IMG/VR virus record: IMGVR_UViG_3300030095_004779
Coordinates: 1 to 26,593 of that record
DNA from: a virus
Lineage: Duplodnaviria > Caudoviricetes
DNA length: 26,593 nucleotides
Strand: one strand, 5' to 3'
How positions within the stretch are numbered: the first letter of the stretch is position 1; every line of letters starts with the position of its first letter. Shown piece after piece: positions 21,901 to 26,593 of this stretch. The notes under the pieces were generated by a model, which saw nothing but the letters and a program-made list of their open reading frames with translations, ran no database searches and was not told the DNA's origin. The translations under genes were made by a program, and so were the position numbers.

Positions 21901-23417
21901 ATATTTGTTGGTTTTTCAGAACCATCACTAGCAATTATAGTAGCAACATCCCCATATCTAAAACAATTACCAACCTTAGTAGTAATTTTATAAGTATAAT
22001 CAGAACTATCAATTAATTCTATACTTTTTACTTGATAAGTAGGAGAAATATTATAAAACCAATTTTTTGCTTTATATCCAGTATCAGAAATACCTAAAGT
22101 TTTTAATTTAACTTTATCTCCTGCAGAATAATAATAAGTTTTATCAGAAAATTTGAATTTATCTAATACAGAATTAATTCTTACCTGTACGGTCTCATCA
22201 GTATCTAAAAAAGATTGACCATATGAAAAAGTATTGATTCCAATAGTTGTAGCATCCTTAATATCAGCAGTTATTCCAGTATCTGCTATACCTGTTACTC
22301 CAAAGAATTGCGTTAATGATTTAGATGTATATGAAACAACACCTGTAGTCCCATCCGCATAAGGTACATATAAATCTCCTCCAGTAGCAGCAAATCCTAC
22401 TGTAGAATCTACGTTAAGAACTGTAGATCCTGCTGAAACCGCACCAATTACCTTTGTAGTGGGTTCTACTTTAAAATCACCATAAATCGCACCATCAACC
22501 CTAATATCTCTGTTATATCCCGAATCTATACTCAACTTGTAGAAAGTTTGACCATACCCCACATCAATAGGTTCTACTGATGTTATAGGAGCATATGACT
22601 TATTAATACCACCAGCATAAGGTTGCTGAAATAAAGTAGAATCTGCTAAATGTTCAGGATTTCCACTTATAGATTCTACTACGATATCATTAGTAACTCT
22701 CCAATTAGCATTAGATGGTGTAAATAAAAAATCTCTTGGTCTAACAATTCTTACATCTTCATTATATAATGCCTTAAATAAAATTTCAAATGATTTATCA
22801 CTACCTTTACTTAGATAAAAATCTTTAGAATGTTTTATAAAATTATTTTGATCTAAGTCTGAATTAAGTTCTCTATTATCAAAACCAGGAAGAATTTGTC
22901 TTTTTGTTTTTAATAAAAATTGTTTAAGGAATAAATTACTTAAATTAGTAATAGTTGATCCTGAATCATGAGTTCTAACACTTGTTTCTTCAAAAACTAA
23001 TTGATCAGTAGTTGATTTAGCTTCATAAGAAGTAACTCCACTAAATCCTCTTACACATCCAGTAAAAGATGAATCTGTTTTCCCTGTATATGTAATAATT
23101 TCAGAATCAATTTTTAACAATCCATAAGTAGAAGGAAATCCTTTAGTTCCATTAGGTGATTGTATTAAATCAACTGTAACTGTTGTAGCAGTTAATGATA
23201 ATGCAGTATCTAATATAACAGAATCAGTAAGATTAGTTAATTCATCAACTTTAATATACTGATCAATATTCTCAATAAGATCAATTGGACCACTTTTATA
23301 TTCTTGTCCTTGATAATAGGTTTTTAAGAACTCCGCAACTAATGGAAACTCATCCTGCACATAAGCAGGAAGTTGATTTTGAACAATGTTGCTAAATTTT
23401 ACTCTATTTTGTGGCAT
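9948..23417 (-). CDS. gp7: Giant baseplate wedge initiator gp7-like protein (multi-module)
   Basis: 4489 aa between gp6 and gp8. It has N-terminal QLPAYV..EFP...EFLKTYY and KDFYLSKGSDKSFEILFKALY motifs, and a gp7 C-core LQDSLYYQTFSYAVRS..W...V..LNHTLGFKKFSD at ~15830-15955. Many repeated beta-rich modules are present. Confidence 0.85.
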   Translation of the reverse strand: MPQNRVKFSNIVQNQLPAYVQDEFPLVAEFLKTYYQGQEYKSGPIDLIENIDQYIKVDELTNLTDSVILDTALSLTATTVTVDLIQSPNGTKGFPSTYGLLKIDSEIITYTGKTDSSFTGCVRGFSGVTSYEAKSTTDQLVFEETSVRTHDSGSTITNLSNLFLKQFLLKTKRQILPGFDNRELNSDLDQNNFIKHSKDFYLSKGSDKSFEILFKALYNEDVRIVRPRDFLFTPSNANWRVTNDIVVESISGNPEHLADSTLFQQPYAGGINKSYAPITSVEPIDVGYGQTFYKLSIDSGYNRDIRVDGAIYGDFKVEPTTKVIGAVSAGSTVLNVDSTVGFAATGGDLYVPYADGTTGVVSYTSKSLTQFFGVTGIADTGITADIKDATTIGINTFSYGQSFLDTDETVQVRINSVLDKFKFSDKTYYYSAGDKVKLKTLGISDTGYKAKNWFYNISPTYQVKSIELIDSSDYTYKITTKVGNCFRYGDVATIIASDGSEKPTNIVNINSSTNITVNGQGNIDLTDTYTIKRNILTGESNTFPKTNLYSTNVQNVYKKDDTLLVSSASLPTYNSQPINVYSQTVKFTGTFQGSEFNIKPVGDHGFYTGDAVYYTPEKVNYNYFDNKGSKKVGIKVTSSLFAGDVGFIVTGINNGQSVDNRTAPNEGLYFVERIDENKIRLATSRTNIFNSIYISLDNAINATNCEFSPYDFRFKTLESQQLLREISPPEDDGNVTTTEPGFTGILINGVEICNYKSKDIIYYGKLNQINVDRAGSNYDVINPPQLNIRDTVGTGATGCVAVSGRLREIKLLDSGFDYQDTPTVTIEGGNGIGAVSSVNMKEKVHSISFNSIDDIGLGSTSYNSYEIGFGTYHKFSNFEQVVYKADGQTNVGGLGTDSLYYVSLVGLTTVKLYPTQVDALSGINTVEFTSFGVGKQFINTVNKKRIVDSITVVDSGSGYENKKRTVLSSVGVNTALNEITINNHDYKSGEIINYVESSGTAISGLSTDTEYYVTVVDNDIFKLSEVGVGSTGKNFYYNTEQYLNFNSSGVGTQTFNYPNITVKVVGEVGIASTGTETFECKVQPIFQGEITSVHLTNQGVGYGSSEIINFLREPQVSLISGQDAQLTPIVSNGSITEVVVLNKGKKYESSPILTIAGDGEGAVITPLFENGEITSVKVIHGGVAYSQSTTTITVNAAGSGVSLRPIIQNWRINLFQKNFDNVSNDDGYIPHDFTPGRGLAYSHLYAPRVLRESVFATNQEGQTLYGSRDLKIVNGLEVASNQHSPIIGWAYDGNPIYGPYGYVTKSGGIVTQMKSGYSIELGSQRPSPTVFPEGFFVEDFSYKKVSDETILDENNGRYCVTPEFPQGTYAYFTTIDSGAVESSGPFDGFKKPIFPYLIGDNFKSIPNEYNFKQDSNQSSFELQNSGWNRNTQPYNLIEGDEEYDYVYIPNKLSQTIDIKSVTPGVIENIGIETGGILYQVNDEAVFDNTSTSGSGVKAAVSLIGGKTVETVSYATSSISGIEVYASDDLGEYILASDNPHNYKNRDIVSVSGLSTTSSKIGGSYNIGVTTNRFVLTGVGTTSSGIGTDGITGLVTYVSVIGDLSYPSISSNDILGIGTERVKVLNVDKRRSRLRILRAVDGTVSAAHTVTSFFYQDQRRLTINAGFKTTYDVNRNRQIYFNPTETVGLGTTAGVGIGSTLSFSNPGAGISEIFIQTKALYIPGHDLNTGDKLTYSPNTGSGLVVLEEGATYPSGISTLTDGQTLYVGRISDSLIGLSTVRVGLGTTGTFVGIASTHQNSSTLFFASDPVGAGIGTGVYHSLKTNYEPITAITKRNLITVSTASSHGLTNNDEVAIDVNPSISTSFIVKYNDFNRRVILTPKSFTSSGVNTSTNTFTMNDHGFVTGQKVIYTSDSPIEGLSNEGKYYIVKNDSNNFKLSNTYYDSTLSKPVIIGITSTSAGVINPINPSIKVYKDSTVSFDVSDSSLSYTIQGTQYSAFELNFYTDKNFTNVWNNDSSSTGFNVTRTGSVGITADAKVTLEVANDIPEILYYRLDPIYESTLPTVKKQIVVDLEVITNNEIISTISVYNGNHTITTASTTSFTYTLSNEPERVSYAGTTSDIEYETSSTSAYGSISAFNVISGGRNYYSLPGITTIVSSVGSGAIAEPSGFSIGKIKTTKIEDIGYTFPSDSTLEPSALLPQVIDVQSLASFEFIGITSGGRGYGVAPKLLVRDGRTKKIITDGDLEYSLGDTNVTILKNPTGLSKSYPPTLIPHENSNGVGISTVGFNTTTKDAFVSLSIGFSTANIFPFVVGDKIMIENVSIGIGSTGKGYNSADHDYKLFTVNAVDANLGGIGATIAYSMSAEFPDNGTFPGTFDPNNSAGRIIPEKYFPTFGITLGSNEFEPGEIVTSKSASGTVESWDSSNQILKVSANNNFIVGDTLKGNTSTTQGVASSIRSFDSDIELGSTSRVEKGWETDSGVLNYNMQRLQDSLYYQTFSYAVRSRVAENTWNDVVGTLNHTLGFKKFSDYQLETTLSNPETLRVGLTTATTSVEIVTDVVGFGDLNCVYDFDLVTENSRNIGSQVFSNEIIFSSRILMDYSESVGNRVLSIDDMSGSFNSNPRATKFSVVDTFVLDDSRFLKYITFITDKRYTQQRQLMMVSLLHDSSVGYINQYGRVETSYDQGSFDFSASGSDGQLLFYPNRATVNDYDITAISYNLNDTYLGIGSTALSDVAIINTSSVNVPSGTTTNVVGIASTYRSLRVLVEITPDIDDMSEFASTEFTVLHDGTNVDLMEYGELTTTLGSYSGSGFGTFHPYISGADLKVDFVPNSSIGTTCAVNTIQVALAATSSGIGTIFMNHAKVDARATSISASGTPGFTTVSQYDNDYDAGYFVVQVTDTTNDRYQVSEVLVADNHVSDPATTVTTYDTEWGVIESVGAGLGTIGSIIDSDGIVSLTFTPLASIAVDVKVYMNAVKQVVGAKDSINFTNATINSGFGEYYGTERDIKRSFNLTHDTYNIFERYVLCNDANIVSVSADTITIPNHFFVTGEKITYSHSGSGSTMAIGIASTSFVGIGTTDKVPSDVYVVKISEDAIKLARSAQDALSIVPTALDITSVGIGTSHRFVSTNQNAKALLTLDNIIQSPVVSTAVTTTLADYVHPTDNLIEFSGITSFFGADLIKINDEIMKIEGVGIGSTNFIRVRREWLGTVLSGHATDTKVTKIIGNYNITNNLLTFTEAPYGNVPLSSTTNPPDSRDWVGIATGSHFDGRTFMRSGEIDGSNETYSENYVFDSISDQFNGINRTFRLKSDGSNVSGIQTDSVILVNDIYQASGSSYEYTISESSGISSISFTGTATSISSDPNSSNLPLGGIIVSVGSSEGLGYQPLVAAGGTAIVGASGTVSSISIGNTGSGYRSGIQTVNVSIQQEDLTGTNIVAIGTATIDGGYITGTAVTNPHVFYKPRTIANVGYNSMTGVTTVTTATNHGLSLGNEVSLSGIAFTCDYSPRLGITTAAYNSVTGIMTVTTPSAHGYKTSGKTSVVVFTGLAFTCGIDGGATTHYYPRGQDLAYNTSVSVAATTNTTITVNVGYGGPADQFSHSFVSAATSSIITGGDYAHQFVSAATSSISVTGWTTAITPTNATYHASSGVVTFTAANHGLTTSNTIGVATDGITFRCAMDDYASLHTYPRSTDPIAGSTTVGIASTSANSFTINVGISTLINYTPSAATYNASTGEMVLTIGAGHSVTTGEGIKIATDSLIFTCTKDGNSTQHKYPRKPDPYYGGVAISAVNSTTEFEVNIGVSTVPTFYVGLGSVQGAIVAPRANNNSSSKTDPAANSATVLDVIDDKTFITNTGISTLAHYYNRGGRLEKPLDVIFDDPESYSNLALEYASNSSGLGTAATIDVVVGQGSSIVSFTVQETGYGYGNGENLTVPVGGTTGIPTTSSYKEFLVEINEIFNDEFTGWSLGILKMLENWDGDFDGSTTTFALKDAGELLSIRAGKGSNINVEDVLLIFINDILQVPGKGYKFNGGSLVTFTEAPKEGDTSKVIFYKGSGDSDVTDRDVIETVKTGDSLTIESNYPQASYLQEKKRITLSVDSTDIVSTNPYYGPGNTANESLERPVVWCRQTEDKIINEKPVGKDRELYEPQITPFGYITKTVGIGSTTVYVDSLRPIFNPFNEREDSDDLGFQKKVKFFNQGVKVGAAGTAIVSAAGTISSVDITDGGVGYTTAVVSFASTVGIATTTQAFGSVIIGAAGTVTGIAITSPGVGYTSTNVPSVLISPPTFVSEVNSVSSYSGDQGVIVGFGTTTISTKDQMIFDFYIPEDSFLRISGLTGTAITMSGIGTNDIFVVTGSNVGDATTSITSVDSGSNTVGVGTSFIDNVYSVANFEIVNTPSGTNSAGVGIGTTYCARVFATITSDFSWGGTGIQSSNFYGTYSWGRIDLSSRAGLNSYTAYTEGGVTGITTSTIIERNAPLKYKSYKQIGNY
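11818..13026 (-). repeat. Protein-level repeat array in gp7: four units of YN..TG..T.T...HG...G..F[TR]C..D....H.YPR..DP
   Basis: F[TR]C motifs at ~12913, ~12769, ~12394 and ~12133. HYYPR, HTYPR and HKYPR follow the last three. Confidence 0.85.
12536..12625. repeat. Near-tandem 36-bp direct repeat (period 54 bp) encoding HSFVSAATSSI / HQFVSAATSSI
   Basis: 12536-12571 (taatagaactggtagcagcacttacaaactgatgag) versus 12590-12625 (taatagaactagtagcagcactcacaaatgaatgag): 31/36 identical by hand alignment. Confidence 0.9.
14495..15535 (-). repeat. Three tandem ~110-aa degenerate beta-rich domains in gp7
   Basis: RFLKYITFITD..LLHDSSVGYINQYG / YRSLRVLVEIT..VLHDGTNVDLMEYG / YDAGYFVVQVTD..VLVADNH..DTEWG. 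Each unit ends in a L.F.P-like strand (LLFYP, VDFVP, LTFTP). Confidence 0.7.
19221..19572 (-). other. YHYH-family-like domain (C-terminal half) within gp7
   Basis: HSPIIGWAYDGNPIYGPYGY...LDENNGRYCVTPEFPQGTYAYFTTI...FPYLIG matches the recalled C-terminal motifs of YHYH (PF14240) proteins. Confidence 0.7.
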
Positions 23418-23418
23418 T

Positions 23419-25359
23419 TTATGATCTGACTAAGTTCCCGTTGTGATAGCTAGAAGTTACTGTATAGTTTGAAGCAGATGGGTCTAACCCTGAAGCAATA
23501 TCATCGACAATCATTTCAAAATTACTAGTACTAATATCTAGTTGTAAATAAAGATCCTGTAATCCAACAACATCATTTGATTTAGGACATGCTGATAACT
23601 CAATTATCGTTTGTCCATCTTTTAGTTTACCAGATATAATATTAACAGGATTTAAAGTAATAATTCCACTTTCATAATTAATAGATCCTACATTTCTTCT
23701 AACAATAGTAGGAGAAGTTGAATTTGGAGTAGGAAGAGTAAAAAAGAAAATAGATCCTGTTTTTCTATTAGAACTTGGAATGTCGGAAAGATAGATATCT
23801 TGTGCTATTCCACTTATTCTAAATGCACTCGATTTTATATTATAACCACTCATACTTTTAATATAAAATTCATTTCCAAACCCAATTTGGTATTCCGCAA
23901 AACTATTTAATACTGCTCGCATATCACGTCTCATCTGTAAAGTCGTAATATTAGAAGTAACAGCAGCATCACTCTCATCAATTACTTTTAAGAACTTACT
24001 ATATTTAAATCGAGCACCATATCTATTTAATTCAGTAGATTCAGCATAAGTTGTGGCATTTTGTTGAACTAATGTAGAAACATATTCGCCAGAAGGAGCT
24101 AAATTAGTGTTATAATAGATTTTTGAATCAACTTCAACATAAAGATACTTCAAATCAAGTATTTCAGGAACAATTCCTGCTACTGCATACTTCTTAAGCC
24201 TGTTTTTGATGTTTTGTTTGGTTAAATTTGGTAAAAAATCACCAGTTCTTGGTTTTATACTAATAAAAACTTTCCCATATTGAGGAGGAACCAATTCTTC
24301 TCCTCCAAAAACCGAAATTGATTCAGTTTCGGGATAAATTTTAGCAGGAATTAAAGTTTCATAATCATTTGCACTTACTGCTCTATTTTGAGAGGCATAA
24401 ATCAAAGGAGCAAACTTTTTAACTGATTCAGTACTCTCAATATTCTCTCCTCCAAGTGATTGGATTTCAGTACTCAATAAAGAAATACCTGATGTTACTG
24501 AATATGTTTGAGAATTTCTAATATAGGAAATTCTTCCCGAAAAACTAAAATTACTGACTCCATTTGCCGCACCTCCACTTGAAACAATGTAATTTACAGT
24601 GACATAATTGCCTTCTTCTAATTTTTTACCAAAAATATTATCTCCAAAGAAGATTTCATACCTTTCATCTTCTATTTCTTGAAGAAAATAGACTTTAGAA
24701 GATCCATCAATGTCAAAAAGACTATCTTGAGCACTATATTTTGCTCCAGTTGTTGAATTTATAGTATTTTTTACCGTTACTGTCATTAAAGAGGTGTCAA
24801 TTCCCGTATTAGGTAAAATAAATTTCTGATTTGGGTTAATTGAGGTAAATGTAAAGGAGTTTGATATAACACTTCCTTCATAAATTTTGATATCATTAAA
24901 GAAAGCACTAGAAATTCCGTTAGAATCCGTATATACAGGTACAGTGATATCTTCTAAGATAGAAAAAACATAAGAACCAGTCCCTATCGCACCAGCAGAT
25001 GCCGCAACTGGTCCTTTATTCAGGGTTATTGTGGCAGGAGCAGGGTTAACACCTGTCAAATCAACGACAAAACTGATTGTTGCAGCAGATGCTTTACGGG
25101 AACGAGGAAGATAACCAATATTTTTTGCTAACGAGACTACATTTTCTCTTAGTGTAGCACTATCAATGAATACTTCATTCGTTACCATGTTGGCATTGTA
25201 TGAAGTAATGTAGGTATTATATGCTAACAGATCTAAAATAGAGGATAAGTTAGATCCCTCAAAGTCATAATCTGTAAAATCAGAGTTTGATCTAAGATAA
25301 TCTTTAAGAGAAGTCTTAACCTCATCAAAATCTAGGTTTGAAAAATTTACTAACGGCAT
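23419..25359 (-). CDS. gp6: Baseplate wedge subunit gp6 (T4-like)
   Basis: 646 aa with LDFDEVKTSLKDYL, FTDYDFEGSNLSSILDLLAYNTY, EVFIDSATLRENVVSLAKNIGYLPRS, YEIFFGD..FGK, QNRAVSANDY and PPQYGKVFISIKP. Confidence 0.95.
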   Translation of the reverse strand: MPLVNFSNLDFDEVKTSLKDYLRSNSDFTDYDFEGSNLSSILDLLAYNTYITSYNANMVTNEVFIDSATLRENVVSLAKNIGYLPRSRKASAATISFVVDLTGVNPAPATITLNKGPVAASAGAIGTGSYVFSILEDITVPVYTDSNGISSAFFNDIKIYEGSVISNSFTFTSINPNQKFILPNTGIDTSLMTVTVKNTINSTTGAKYSAQDSLFDIDGSSKVYFLQEIEDERYEIFFGDNIFGKKLEEGNYVTVNYIVSSGGAANGVSNFSFSGRISYIRNSQTYSVTSGISLLSTEIQSLGGENIESTESVKKFAPLIYASQNRAVSANDYETLIPAKIYPETESISVFGGEELVPPQYGKVFISIKPRTGDFLPNLTKQNIKNRLKKYAVAGIVPEILDLKYLYVEVDSKIYYNTNLAPSGEYVSTLVQQNATTYAESTELNRYGARFKYSKFLKVIDESDAAVTSNITTLQMRRDMRAVLNSFAEYQIGFGNEFYIKSMSGYNIKSSAFRISGIAQDIYLSDIPSSNRKTGSIFFFTLPTPNSTSPTIVRRNVGSINYESGIITLNPVNIISGKLKDGQTIIELSACPKSNDVVGLQDLYLQLDISTSNFEMIVDDIASGLDPSASNYTVTSSYHNGNLVRS

Positions 25360-25360
25360 C

Positions 25361-25675
25361 TTATCTAGTTGATTGTAAGGCGAATTGTAATTGCTGCGGA
25401 GGAACGTCTGCTCCTATGACTTCATATACAATAATTGTATCAAATAAAGAATTATCATTATCAGCAATTACTTTTATATCCAATAATTTCGCCCTTGGTT
25501 CATAATTTGTAATAGAATATTCAATTTCTTCTTGAATTTGGGATGCAGTTATACCATCCACGTTCTCAAAAAGTAAACCAGACACTCTAGATCCAAAATT
25601 TGGGTCAAAAAACTTTTCTCCAGGAAGGGTCATTACAATATTCCTAATAGAACGGGAAATTGCATTAATATTTTT
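25361..25675 (-). other. gp25: gp25 (GPW/gp25, sheath-initiator, TssE-related) domain
   Basis: KNINAISRSIRNIVMTLPGEKFFDPNFGSRVSGLLFEN...IEYSITNYEPRAKL...QQLQFALQSTR. The T.PGE..F.P.FGS, LFE and YEPR motifs are diagnostic, and the domain lies immediately upstream of gp6. Confidence 0.9.
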
Positions 25676-26593
25676 AAACGTATCAAACTCTAAAACGAGT
25701 TGGTCTGTAGGAGTAGAATAATAATCTGAAACTTGTTGGACTGTATCTGTTAGAAATCTATGATTAGCATCAGTTGAACTTCCATCAGTTCCGTCTAATA
25801 CTACAAATTCATTTACTCCAGTATAAACAAATATTTGTGTTTTATCTACTGGTGCAGTTGTAAACGTAAGTGTTGATCCAGATGCTGTCCAGTTTGCTGT
25901 TCCATCAGCTGCAGTTTCAGCAAAAGGAATATTGTCTATAGTAACTTGTATTGTATCTACAGATGCTGACAAGTTTACCATTGTAAAAGCAGTTGTAGTT
26001 CCATCTCCAACAAACTTGTCTGTCGTTGATTGTTCAAGTTGAATAGAAAAAGGTTCAAGTGCTACAGTAGTATTATCTTCAAGAATAATTGCATCATCAG
26101 TAAAAGAAGAGTCATCTAATGTTCCAGTTTCTAAACCAAATCCACCACCAACCATACTTACGAAACCAGTAGCTGCATTTACATTTGTGTCTGCACTTTG
26201 AGCTGTAAAGGTAACTGTATCTCCGACTTCATAAAGAGAACCAACATCATCAACTATAATATCACTTACAGAACCCTCTGCAATACCATCAACTTGTATA
26301 CTTGCAGCATTATTTCCAATAGATTCTAGTGTTACATCTTCTCTATCTGTATGAAGAATACCATCATTAACAAGTGTAGTTGCACCAACAATACCATCTA
26401 TTGTAAATGATACATCTAAATCTCTGATAGTTGAAGTACCAGTAACTACTTCGCCATCAGTAAATGCACCAACTATATTAGCAATTTCAAATTCTGTAAC
26501 TGAAACTGTGCCTTGTTGTGTAACAAGAGAATTAACTACAACAGCAGTTGCACCAGAAGATTGTCCAGTAATAATTGCGTTCTCAACTTCAGA
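25361..26593 (-). CDS. 5'-partial ORF (at least 410 aa): gp7-like structural modules fused in frame to an N-terminally truncated gp25 domain (possible chimera)
   Basis: The frame of the 264-aa track ORF stays open for another 146 codons to the window edge (SEVENAIITGQSSGATAVVVNSLVTQQGTVSVTEFEIANIVGAFTDGEVVTG...DDVGSLYEVGDTVTF...GFVSMVGGG). ATG 26155 is therefore probably internal. Confidence 0.7.
   Translation of the reverse strand, partial: SEVENAIITGQSSGATAVVVNSLVTQQGTVSVTEFEIANIVGAFTDGEVVTGTSTIRDLDVSFTIDGIVGATTLVNDGILHTDREDVTLESIGNNAASIQVDGIAEGSVSDIIVDDVGSLYEVGDTVTFTAQSADTNVNAATGFVSMVGGGFGLETGTLDDSSFTDDAIILEDNTTVALEPFSIQLEQSTTDKFVGDGTTTAFTMVNLSASVDTIQVTIDNIPFAETAADGTANWTASGSTLTFTTAPVDKTQIFVYTGVNEFVVLDGTDGSSTDANHRFLTDTVQQVSDYYSTPTDQLVLEFDTFKNINAISRSIRNIVMTLPGEKFFDPNFGSRVSGLLFENVDGITASQIQEEIEYSITNYEPRAKLLDIKVIADNDNSLFDTIIVYEVIGADVPPQQLQFALQSTR

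Larger units (their letters stand above)
1..26593 (-). other. T4-like (cyano)myophage baseplate/virion structural gene module
   Basis: Co-oriented, tightly packed gp25-gp6-gp7-gp8-DUF4815 order, which I recall as typical of marine T4-like cyanophages. A T4-type late promoter is present and the DNA is AT-rich. Confidence 0.93.

Noticed and set aside
9948-23417. Intein, intron or homing endonuclease explaining the size of gp7
   Set aside because: I found no Hint splice-junction motifs, no LAGLIDADG/HNH/GIY-YIG motifs and no frame interruptions. The extra length is made of repeated structural modules.
720-25359. Stop-codon recoding or programmed frameshift between the closely abutting genes
   Set aside because: All genes are intact in the standard code and use TAA/TAG as real stops. 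Each downstream gene begins with its own family-typical N-terminus, so simple translational coupling is enough to explain the spacing.
26153-26155. ATG at 26155 as the true start of a 264-aa gene
   Set aside because: The frame stays open and protein-like for 146 more codons to the window edge, and I see no convincing SD or late promoter upstream of this ATG.
1-26593. Bacterial contractile injection system (T6SS/eCIS/tailocin) or cellular adhesin locus
   Set aside because: The gp6, gp7 and gp8 sequences are of T4-like phage type, the gene order and NATAAATA late promoter match T4-like myophages, and there are no host genes or signal peptides.

Overview
This AT-rich window is almost entirely coding on the minus strand. 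It is the baseplate/virion-structure operon of a T4-like marine myovirus, most likely a cyanophage (Kyanoviridae-type). Transcription runs right to left: gp25-domain ORF (open to the right edge) > gp6 (646 aa) > giant gp7 (4489 aa) > late promoter > gp8 (517 aa) > DUF4815/VrlC-like virion protein (2541 aa) > 75-aa coiled-coil protein > a structural gene at 501..<1 that the ORF track missed. I see no RNA genes, CRISPR arrays, RT/DGR, integrases or defence genes. The most notable points are: (1) the gp25 domain lacks its usual N-terminus and is joined in frame at ~25675 to at least 306 aa of gp7-like sequence of a different style, which is either a real fusion/recombinant or an assembly/MDA chimera; (2) a short G-[ILV]-G-[ST] peptide motif, written with variable codons, recurs across four unrelated virion proteins; (3) gp7 is a mosaic of repeated modules, including apparently nested Cys/His-containing units and a split YHYH-like domain; (4) the DUF4815 protein has Arg/Trp-rich patches. 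Family assignments come from recalled motifs and gene order, not from searches.
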